Source of the DNA: Candidatus Helarchaeota ASGARD archaeon Hel_GB_B
GTDB taxonomy: Archaea; Asgardarchaeota; Lokiarchaeia; Helarchaeales; HEL-GB-B
Length of the DNA: 32,000 nt
Assembly: GCA_005191425.1 (NCBI GenBank)
Contig: SUPR01000001.1
Span: 30,001-62,000, forward strand
Direction of reading: 5' to 3'
In this document: piece by piece, positions 17,871 through 25,907 of the stretch
How the letters are laid out: each line of letters begins with the position of its first letter
Position numbering within the stretch: position 1 is the stretch's first letter
Position numbers and translations under genes: made by a program
Notes under the pieces: model-generated
The model's input: only the letters and a program-made list of their open reading frames with translations
Database searches by the model: none
Told to the model about the DNA's origin: nothing

Positions 17871-19329
17871 AAATACAGTTGCTGAAGATATTGCAGAATT
17901 TGTAGTAAATTTGAAATATAAAGATATCCCCAACCGTATTATCAAAAAGGCAAAAGATCAAATATTAGGAGTAATTGCTGCAATTTATGCGGGCTCACTT
18001 ACAGATGAAGGAAAAATAATAATTAATACAGTTAAACAATTTGGTGATAAAGAGGAATCAAGTTTAATACCTTCGGGATTTAAAACTTCAGTAAGAAGTA
18101 GTGTATTATGTAATTCGAGCGTAGGAGTTGCTCTTGACTATGTAGATTATCTATTAAGTGGGCATACGGGAGTCTCGGCAGTTCCGGTCTCTCTTGCAGT
18201 CGGAGAATCATTGAATTCTACAGGAAAAGAAGTTATAACAGCTCAGATCATTGCAAATGAAATAGAAGGAAGATTAGGAACAAGCGTATTTCTAGGGCCA
18301 CAAAATGGACAATTATGGTCGTATATTCATTTAATTGGTGGAGCAGTAGCTGCTTCACGATTATTAGGTCTTAATGAAGATCAAGTAGCTAACGCAATTG
18401 GAATTGCACTCGCCCAAAGCACATATACAATTTTTAGAGGTTATTTTGCAATGGCAAAACTTTTTGTAAGCGGACTCCCTGCCCAAATTGGAGTTCAAGC
18501 TGCTTATTTTGCAAAAAATGGCTTAAGAGGGGCTCATGATATCATTGAGCACCCATTGGGGTTCTGTAATTTAATGGCAGATATACCATTAAAATTTATT
18601 ACTAATTCCGCATTGGGTAAAGCTTGGGTTACAGATACTCTCTGTTATAAAATTTATCCAGGTTGCGCTTATGTCGATGCTATTGCAGATTGTATTCTTG
18701 ATTTACATAAAGAATTTGATATTAATTACAAGGAAATTAAGAGAGTTGAAGTATTCTCAAGTATTTTAACCACGGCGATGGACGATTTTGCAGCACCATT
18801 TACTACGATAGATTCGCTAAAAAAAGAACAGACTCATGTAGCGCTAAATTTTACAGTACCTTATACAGTGGCAGCAACTCTTATAGATAAAGAATTGACA
18901 CCACGACAATTTAAAAAAGAAAGATATTTGAACCCAGAAATACATAATCTTGCTAATAAAGTAAAAATAATACCAGATTCTAAAATTTCATCAGAAATCC
19001 TGGGTACTTTGCCAGCTATTAAAATTCCAAGCTTAAAAGAGATTATATCTGGAAAATATTCGTTAGCAGATATAAATTTAGATGATGTAACAGTTGCTTT
19101 TGCCGGCGCAGTAAAGATAATAATGAATAACGGAAAAAAATACTATAAAAAACAAAATATTCCTTATGGAGCTCCAGGAAATCCTTATGATTTAAAGAAA
19201 AAATTTACACAAGAAGCTATAAATATATTACCAAGCGAAAAAATAGACCCAGCAATTCGCGCTATAAATAATATTGAAGCCATCGAAAATATTGGTGATT
19301 TAATACAAAAAATTTGTTCTCAAATATAA
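17854..19329 (+). CDS. MmgE/PrpD family protein
   Basis: LKYKDIP..IIKKAK, ALDY.DY...GH.G..AVP..LA.GE, ANEIEGRLG, KIYPGC, PYTVAATL, PYGAPGNP. Alternative start ATG 17863 (GGAGG at 17846-17850). Substrate unknown. Confidence 0.85.
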   Translation: MIIMTKNTVAEDIAEFVVNLKYKDIPNRIIKKAKDQILGVIAAIYAGSLTDEGKIIINTVKQFGDKEESSLIPSGFKTSVRSSVLCNSSVGVALDYVDYLLSGHTGVSAVPVSLAVGESLNSTGKEVITAQIIANEIEGRLGTSVFLGPQNGQLWSYIHLIGGAVAASRLLGLNEDQVANAIGIALAQSTYTIFRGYFAMAKLFVSGLPAQIGVQAAYFAKNGLRGAHDIIEHPLGFCNLMADIPLKFITNSALGKAWVTDTLCYKIYPGCAYVDAIADCILDLHKEFDINYKEIKRVEVFSSILTTAMDDFAAPFTTIDSLKKEQTHVALNFTVPYTVAATLIDKELTPRQFKKERYLNPEIHNLANKVKIIPDSKISSEILGTLPAIKIPSLKEIISGKYSLADINLDDVTVAFAGAVKIIMNNGKKYYKKQNIPYGAPGNPYDLKKKFTQEAINILPSEKIDPAIRAINNIEAIENIGDLIQKICSQI

Positions 19330-20030
19330 TTATGCTCATTAACTTTTTACTCTATAAATATTTAAATTCATTTACCAATGGTCCAACTATTATCCTATAA
19401 TTTACTACTTGTTTATATTATTAAAGAGATTTCGAATGAATTTTCAATTTATTTTTCAATTATTAACAGCATTAATTTGTTGTTATTTTATTTATATTCA
19501 ATTCATCTAAAAAATACAAATTTCTCGTCTATTAAAGCAAAATTTGTCAATTTTTATTGAATTAAAATTAATTGCACCTAACGAATGTAAATAAAAAATT
19601 TATATTAAAAATTCGAATTCTGTGGACTTTACCTAAGATAAATATCAATGATTAATATAGATAAAAATTAATATAATTAAATTATTTTTTACTTTTTTAG
19701 GATGTTCGACTTTTGTATAATTCTAATTTAGACTTTCAAATTTTATGAATACAATAAATTTTTAAGAAAAATATGGAAAAAAAAGGTGGTCAGGCATCTA
19801 AAAATTCAATTATATGAATTGAGGGATGAAATATGGCTAATTTCTTAATGGAGCCTGACCATATTTTAAATGGTCTAGAAACCAAAAATATAATAGTTAT
19901 TAAGTTATAAAAAATTTTGTAAAATAGATTTTTATTTGTTTTTTTATACAAATTATAGACCAGAATAATTGAGCAATTAGTCCACAAAAATTTTTGAAGA
20001 ATAGTAAATTTTTATCAATGTGAAACAATT

Positions 20031-20519
20031 ATGAGTATAAATAATAAAATAAAATATGACTTTAAGAATAAATCACTAGCTGATATCCTGCTTGACGAGC
20101 TAAAGTATCTAAGGTCAAGGACAGGTATTAGAGTAAGCATCATTTTATCTCAAAGTGGTAAAATACTGTCAATTCATGAGGATGCAGCATATGTGCCCGA
20201 CCAATTAAGATATGGAGCAAGAAATCAACATATTGATAAAGAATATTTATCAAAATGGATTGTTTCTACTTCTAGGACTATAGAATTCGTTTCAGAAAAA
20301 ATGTTTACCGATGGAATAAAATTTATTATTTTAGAAGGAAATGATAAGAAAGAAGCAATAATAATGAATTATAAAGACCCAGATCCAGATATTTCCTTTA
20401 TTTTAATGGGTTTATTAACAAAAGCTGGATCAATTGGACTTGGATATCAAGAAATAAAAGAGAGTTCTGAAAGAATAAAAGATATTTTAATAAGCTATAA
20501 AAATTATCAGAATTTATAA
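20031..20519 (+). CDS. Roadblock/LC7 (MglB-like) domain protein
   Basis: Helix, GIRVSIILSQSGKILS, helix, IILEG, strands, then a C-terminal helix IGLG...IK...ERIKDIL: roadblock topology. Confidence 0.72.
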   Translation: MSINNKIKYDFKNKSLADILLDELKYLRSRTGIRVSIILSQSGKILSIHEDAAYVPDQLRYGARNQHIDKEYLSKWIVSTSRTIEFVSEKMFTDGIKFIILEGNDKKEAIIMNYKDPDPDISFILMGLLTKAGSIGLGYQEIKESSERIKDILISYKNYQNL

Positions 20520-20684
20520 TATAATTAGGTATTATTAAAGAATAGTGATATTTTTATTAAGTATATTGAGAAAATAAATATATGAATTAATGACAAGATT
20601 TTTATGATGTTTTAATAAAATCTTAAATTTCAATTATAAATCGTTTTAGTATAAAGATTAACCAAATCAAATTTCAGAAAGTTC

Positions 20685-20689
20685 AGGAG
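20685..20689 (+). promoter_or_regulatory. Shine-Dalgarno motif for the TTG-initiated coiled-coil gene
   Basis: AGGAG 10 nt upstream of TTG 20700. Confidence 0.5.
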
Positions 20690-20699
20690 TTTAGAAATT

Positions 20700-21092
20700 T
20701 TGTCAGAATTTGCTAGATTTATGGAATCTATTTCATCAGAAGCAACTGAAACAAAGATAAATGAACTTTCTGATGTCCTTAATAAAGTACTTCAGATAAT
20801 AACAAAAGCACTTGATGATTTAACTGTAAAGATGGTCGGACTTGAAGAAGAAATATATTTTTTAGAGCAAAAGATTGAAAATATCCAGAGGAGGTCAAAG
20901 AATATTCAAGCATCACTGTCCAGACAAGAGGTAAGCCAGAAGGTAGTGACTAATAAAGAAACTAAACCACCAACTACCCAAACACAGATTAATCAACCTC
21001 AAAAACAAACCACAGAAAATGTAAAACCTGTACCCCTTAGATCTGCAGTAAATACTGAACTTAAAGATCTATTTAAAAAATTGAAAAAATAA
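20700..21092 (+). CDS. Small coiled-coil protein with Gln/Thr/Pro linker and C-terminal WH2-like helix (paralogue 1)
   Basis: Heptad region aa ~15-75, low-complexity linker, terminal RSAVNTELKDLFKKLKK; SD motif upstream. Confidence 0.7.
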   Translation: MSEFARFMESISSEATETKINELSDVLNKVLQIITKALDDLTVKMVGLEEEIYFLEQKIENIQRRSKNIQASLSRQEVSQKVVTNKETKPPTTQTQINQPQKQTTENVKPVPLRSAVNTELKDLFKKLKK

Positions 21093-21535
21093 TGATGTTC
21101 AAAATGAGTGATAATTTTTTTAATATTTTAATGAAATCATCTACGGCTTCAATTGATGAAAAAATAAAGAAACTAAGCATGGTATTAGACAAAATTATGG
21201 AAGTTGCAATCAAGTCAATAAGTGGAATTGAAAATCAAGTTCAAACTTTTGACGCAATATTAGCAGAAATTAGAAATAAAATTGAAGGACTAGAAGCTAA
21301 TTTGACCGTTTTGGAACAGAAACAAGAAGCAATGGCAAAATCAAGTATTGGTAGCAGTACAACATTAGAAACGCCAATGCCCTCCCAATCTTCTCGTCCA
21401 GTTGAAACAAAACCTATAAATAAACCATTGGCACCTCCTGTATCAGCATCAACTCCAAAACCAACTCGGCCAATTAACCCCAGAGCTGAATTACAATCAG
21501 AATTAAAAGCACTTTTTTCAAAAATGAAGCGTTAA
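21092..21535 (+). CDS. Small coiled-coil protein with Pro/Ser/Thr linker and C-terminal WH2-like helix (paralogue 2)
   Basis: TAATG stop/start overlap with paralogue 1; heptads, PLAPPVSASTPKPTRPINP linker, terminal RAELQSELKALFSKMKR. Confidence 0.7.
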   Translation: MMFKMSDNFFNILMKSSTASIDEKIKKLSMVLDKIMEVAIKSISGIENQVQTFDAILAEIRNKIEGLEANLTVLEQKQEAMAKSSIGSSTTLETPMPSQSSRPVETKPINKPLAPPVSASTPKPTRPINPRAELQSELKALFSKMKR

Positions 21536-21546
21536 AAAAAGAAGTT

Positions 21547-22458
21547 TTATTTATTAAAAAAATTTAATATTTCAGTTGCACCACTTTTTAATGCAAGCCC
21601 TGCTAATTGAGTAGAGGAATTAGGGCCAATTTGAGTTATTATTAAAAATCCGCTTTTTTTGTTAGGAATTTTTACTGGCATTAAAATTAATTTGCCTCGT
21701 TCACCATCAATTGTTGAGAAGGTCTTACCAATATTAAAAGCATCGCCCACAGAATTTGCAGACAATGCCACTGTTGATGCAATTAATGAACCAATATTGA
21801 CATCAATTTCATGTGGAAAAGTCGAGAATAAAACACGCCCCTCAGTGGTAGAAATTAATGCAGCTATTGCTCCAGCTTTTGTTTTTATAGTTTCCATGAT
21901 TTTATTTAGAGCTTTCATTGTTTCTTCATCATATAAAGGGACATTTTCTTTAGGTCCAATTAAAAATTTGCACATTTTATCTCCTTTGGCAATACATTCA
22001 GTTTCATTTATCTCAACTTCAGAATCGAATAATACACTAGCCATACCTTTTAATATTCCTTGAATACCAAAACATGATGCTATTCCTTCTTCGTAAGCTT
22101 CAGGGGAGTTTTGAATCTCAATATATATTTTTTTATTATCTTCATCTATATTTATATTCCCCAATGTTGCACCCCAGCCTCCTCGTTCTAAGCTTCTTAA
22201 GATAAACCTAAACGCGGTATTTTTATCTGCTTTTTTCTTATCTATAACAAGTTCCATAAATCTTTTACCAATATCTTCTCCAATTTTAATATAAATTGGC
22301 CGAAGACCCTCTTTTAAAAATTTATTTGCAGTGAGATACATCTGTCTAAAATGTTCAATATGAAGTATAATTATTCTGAAATTGAAGCCTTTAATTTCTC
22401 CTTTAAAAATAGAAAAATCTTTGAAAGTAAAATTTTTAGTCTCTTCTAACAAGCCCAT
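21547..22458 (-). CDS. V4R domain - roadblock/LC7 fusion protein
   Basis: V4R: GGWG, GILKG, ETECIAKGDKMCKF. Roadblock: AALISTTEGRVL, IDGERGKLILMP, terminal helix. AGGTG upstream. Confidence 0.8.
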   Translation of the reverse strand: MGLLEETKNFTFKDFSIFKGEIKGFNFRIIILHIEHFRQMYLTANKFLKEGLRPIYIKIGEDIGKRFMELVIDKKKADKNTAFRFILRSLERGGWGATLGNINIDEDNKKIYIEIQNSPEAYEEGIASCFGIQGILKGMASVLFDSEVEINETECIAKGDKMCKFLIGPKENVPLYDEETMKALNKIMETIKTKAGAIAALISTTEGRVLFSTFPHEIDVNIGSLIASTVALSANSVGDAFNIGKTFSTIDGERGKLILMPVKIPNKKSGFLIITQIGPNSSTQLAGLALKSGATEILNFFNK

Positions 22459-22521
22459 ATTTTACACCTTTTATTATTAAAAAAGATAAATCATTTAAAA
22501 TAAAAATAGAGTTAGATAGAT

Positions 22522-25500
22522 TTAAACTCTTGTAATTTTGGTAGATGAAGCCATCCAAATGGGTCCAATTATTTCGTGAATTAACGCTACCAAAGTTTCT
22601 TGTTGAGATACTAATGCAGTTAATTGTGTTAGGTCGTATTTTTCAGAATATGGTGCAATTAATACTTCTTCACCGTCTCTACCAACTGCAAATAGGTTCA
22701 TCTCAGGTCTTTGCCTTATTTGTACATTTCCTAATTCTAGCAACTCTCTAACCTGGTCTTTTGCTTCGTTCAAGATACGAGATGCAACAATTATTCTTAT
22801 TCTTCGACTAGCGGATTTAATAGTTTCTAGAGGCAGGTCACTAAAATCAGGAGCTACAATAGATACAGTTGATTTTGTTCTCATAAGAATGTCCCGGATA
22901 TATTCTTTTATTGCCTCAACACCTACTAATGGCCAAGTAAGTTCGCCGGATTTCGCTAGTATATTAGTAGTTTCCTGCCATACTGCTCTTAGAAGTTGAC
23001 TTACTTTTAAGGTTTCACCTTCAGCTTCTCTGAATGTAAATGCCGCATCTTTATTAGTGTTTGTAAGTCGCTCTGTTAATATAGAATCGGTTTCATCTAA
23101 TTTTGCAGCTAATTTTTCATTTAATGAATTTGCGTTTGATTCATAGTCAGTTTGGTGTTGGCTAGCTAATTGTAGTAAATCAGTTTCTAGTTTTGCAGCA
23201 TCTGCTTGGAATCCTGCGGCATGGTTGGAAATTGTTTCTTTACATTCCTCATAAGTTTTGGTAGTCAATTCTTTAATTTGTGCTAAATATTTATTATCAA
23301 TTTCGTTTATATCGTTTTTTATTTGTGAAAATCCTTCATTCATAGTATTAGATATTTGCTCTTGGACATCATTTGCCATTTTATTAACTCGTTCGTTATC
23401 ATTGTTGACAAAATCTTTAATAGTATTTTTCATTTGATTTAATGCTTCGTGGCCACGGTTTTTAACATCATCTACTCGTTTAATTTCGGTCTGTACTATA
23501 TTTGCGACATCATCTTTTTTCTCGTCTATCGATTTATTCATATTAGCTGTTATTTCATCTAATTCTCCTAACTTATTATCATCAATTTCTTGAAGATTTT
23601 TCTTATGCTCCTGGATTATATTTGCAAGCAATGAAATAGATTTATTACGAATTTCATGTGATTGTGATTCAACATTACCTACTCTTAAGTCTAATGCTTT
23701 ATAAAATTCATCACGCATTGAATCAAGTTCGTTTTGATATTCTTTGATTCTATCATCTAGAGTATCAGAAAGAACTTGCTCCAATTTACTTGTATCTTCT
23801 TGTAAAAGTTTATTTTGGCCGGAAATCTTGGATAAAAATTCGTCTTTCAATTTATTTAGTAAGTCGCTGTATCTTTTTATGACATCATCTGATTTACTAA
23901 CTATCGAGTCCTTCATTTTGTAAAAATCTAATTCTATTGCTTCTACTTGAGAATTAATTATTTCTTGAGACTGGTCACCATATTTAGAAGCATTATCCTT
24001 GAACCAATTTAAGTTATTATTATTATATTTGTCAAAAACAGCAGATACATTTTCCTTTTTAGTATTTATCGATGAAATTTCGGAACTGATAATATCAGCA
24101 AGATTTTCAGTAGTATCGTTTGACCATTTGTCTAAAGATTCATTTACCTTATCTTGATAGTCTTTAATATTTACTTCTAACTCTTTAACTAAATTTTTTG
24201 ATGTTTCATTTATGGTATTAATTAATTGTTCATTAGCCCCGCGTTCTTCCTTAATTTTTTCATTTAATTTTCTAATAGCATTATCAATAATTTCCTTAAT
24301 TTCAGGTCTGTCTTTACTATATTCTTTTAATTCATTTTCCAGTTCTTTTTCCCAGTCACGGAGATTATGAATTGTTTTTGTTATTTCCCCTGATGAAACA
24401 TTTTTAATTGAGTCGACCTTGGTCTGAATTTCGTCATGTAAAGTTTTCGATAAAGATTTTATCTTATTTTTTTCTTCAGATTTCAGATTTTTAATTGAAT
24501 TATTTGCTTTTGATTTTAAATCATCCAAATTTTTGTTTAAATTAGAAATACTTGCATCTAATTCTTGATTGAATTCACTCCTTGCGGAATTTATTTCATC
24601 TGTTAATTGAGCTAAACGCTCGTCTAAATTCGAAGTTAATGTTTTTTCCAAATCAGTTGACCCGGCTTGAAGCCTTTTAATTTGACTTGTAAATTTGTCA
24701 AGAAATTCCTGTTGTATATCACCAACTAATTGCTTGAACCTTGAAATTAAATCATTTGTAAAATTTGCTACATCATTTGTAAATTGATAGAATTCGGTAT
24801 CTCGTTTAGTAATTTCATTATTAAACAATTTTTCAGCAGTTTCACGAAAATTGCTGGCTCTATTTTTAAACCATTCCATATGATTATTTTGTGAATTTTG
24901 AATTTCAGACCTTAATTCCTTATCTTTTTCCCAAGTAGCTTCAATTTCCTTTTTTATCATTTCTAAGAATTCGTCTGATAAATTTTTATGCCATTCATCA
25001 TAGGCAGTGTAATTTTGATTGCGATTACTATTAATAATATCATTTACTCCTTTGACATATTCGACCATTATTCGATCAGTGAATTCATCAAATACGCCAT
25101 CAATGCGAGTATTAAGTAGATTTAATCCTTCTACATTTTCGGCAGAGACTTTATCGAGAATTTCATTGCCGTAATTGTCCAAGACATTATCAATATTATT
25201 ATTTAAATTATTTAATTCATTTTTATGTTCATCGGCTGTAGTATCATGTATATTTTTAGTTTTTTGCATTAATTCATTATATCTATTTTCCAGGTCATTA
25301 GCCAAAGTGTCTTCATATTCATGAATTAATTTATTGTGGTCATCATTACGCTGATTAAAATTGTTAGTTATCTCTTCTTTTCTCGATTCCACATCAGAAT
25401 TTAATTTTATTACTTGATTTGTAATTAAATTAGAAATTCCATCTCTAGCATTAATTGTATCTTTGGCAAATTGTTCTAATTGAGTATTTATAGCCTCTGC

Positions 25501-25893
25501 TACTTGATCTTTAAGAGTTATGACCTCTTGCTTTAAGTCATTAATATGTTTATTAATGTTAGAATCGAAATCCTCTCGTTGTTTGATAGTTTTTTCTCTA
25601 TATTGATCCAAAAATTGAGTAAAGGCAGAATAAGGGACGACTGGCATATATCTATTTATATCTTTAGCTGCTGAACCTATTGCAACAGCAAGGTTATTAT
25701 CTAAAAATTTTTGTATTGTATTTCTCGCTTCTTCCATTGAGATATTTGCCAATGCCGCTAAAGATGATTCAGTTATATATCCTTTTGCATATAATGCGAC
25801 AAAGGCTCTTGCTTCAGCTTCTGTTAATGTAACACCTCGTTCTTTAAAAGTATCTATAATTATTTGAAACATATTTTGGTTTTGTACACTCAT
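22522..25893 (-). CDS. TrmB-like wHTH + ~880-aa helical rod + TrmB/PLD-like C-terminal domain
   Basis: N-terminus GVTLTEAEARAFVALYAKG...RYMPVVP is TrmB-HTH-like. The C-terminus from aa ~983 (G..AIKEYIRDIL.RTKSTVSIVAP...RDGEEVLIAP) is TrmB effector-domain-like with no HKD motif. The middle is helical with hendecad periodicity. GGAGG at 25903-25907. Confidence 0.75.
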   Translation of the reverse strand: MSVQNQNMFQIIIDTFKERGVTLTEAEARAFVALYAKGYITESSLAALANISMEEARNTIQKFLDNNLAVAIGSAAKDINRYMPVVPYSAFTQFLDQYREKTIKQREDFDSNINKHINDLKQEVITLKDQVAEAINTQLEQFAKDTINARDGISNLITNQVIKLNSDVESRKEEITNNFNQRNDDHNKLIHEYEDTLANDLENRYNELMQKTKNIHDTTADEHKNELNNLNNNIDNVLDNYGNEILDKVSAENVEGLNLLNTRIDGVFDEFTDRIMVEYVKGVNDIINSNRNQNYTAYDEWHKNLSDEFLEMIKKEIEATWEKDKELRSEIQNSQNNHMEWFKNRASNFRETAEKLFNNEITKRDTEFYQFTNDVANFTNDLISRFKQLVGDIQQEFLDKFTSQIKRLQAGSTDLEKTLTSNLDERLAQLTDEINSARSEFNQELDASISNLNKNLDDLKSKANNSIKNLKSEEKNKIKSLSKTLHDEIQTKVDSIKNVSSGEITKTIHNLRDWEKELENELKEYSKDRPEIKEIIDNAIRKLNEKIKEERGANEQLINTINETSKNLVKELEVNIKDYQDKVNESLDKWSNDTTENLADIISSEISSINTKKENVSAVFDKYNNNNLNWFKDNASKYGDQSQEIINSQVEAIELDFYKMKDSIVSKSDDVIKRYSDLLNKLKDEFLSKISGQNKLLQEDTSKLEQVLSDTLDDRIKEYQNELDSMRDEFYKALDLRVGNVESQSHEIRNKSISLLANIIQEHKKNLQEIDDNKLGELDEITANMNKSIDEKKDDVANIVQTEIKRVDDVKNRGHEALNQMKNTIKDFVNNDNERVNKMANDVQEQISNTMNEGFSQIKNDINEIDNKYLAQIKELTTKTYEECKETISNHAAGFQADAAKLETDLLQLASQHQTDYESNANSLNEKLAAKLDETDSILTERLTNTNKDAAFTFREAEGETLKVSQLLRAVWQETTNILAKSGELTWPLVGVEAIKEYIRDILMRTKSTVSIVAPDFSDLPLETIKSASRRIRIIVASRILNEAKDQVRELLELGNVQIRQRPEMNLFAVGRDGEEVLIAPYSEKYDLTQLTALVSQQETLVALIHEIIGPIWMASSTKITRV
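23685..25000 (-). repeat. Internal duplication of about 150 aa with a 289-aa offset in the rod protein
   Basis: Gap-free match NNHMEWFKNRAS...EFY...EFLDKF...LEKTLTSNLDERL vs NNNLNWFKDNAS...DFY...EFLSKI...LEQVLSDTLDDRI; the Trp codons lie at 24871 and 24004. Confidence 0.8.
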
Positions 25894-25902
25894 TTTATAT
25901 TT

Positions 25903-25907
25903 CCTCC
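25903..25907 (-). promoter_or_regulatory. Shine-Dalgarno motif linking the P-loop/TPR gene to the rod gene
   Basis: TAAGGAGGAAATATAAAATG on the minus strand: the upstream stop abuts GGAGG, 9 nt before the ATG. Confidence 0.6.

Noticed and set aside
19787-19861. Box C/D sRNA, purine riboswitch or SECIS interpretation of the inverted-repeat element
   Set aside because: CTGA and GGATGA/ATATGG look-alikes are present, but spacing and order do not fit those families.
19378-19987. Short ORFs 19378-19560 (+) and 19790-19987 (-)
   Set aside because: Low-complexity Ile/Asn/Phe/Lys translations typical of AT-rich noncoding DNA; no SD motif or recognisable domain.
20700-21535. ESCRT-III (Snf7/Vps2) identity for the two small coiled-coil proteins
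   Set aside because: Only about 70 aa of helix precede the linker, too short for the ESCRT-III core. Only the terminal helix is MIM1-like.
22522-25893. SMC/Rad50 or chemoreceptor identity for the 1123-aa protein
   Set aside because: No Walker A/B, ABC signature, hinge or zinc hook; no TM helices or MCP hairpin signature. Termini are TrmB-like.
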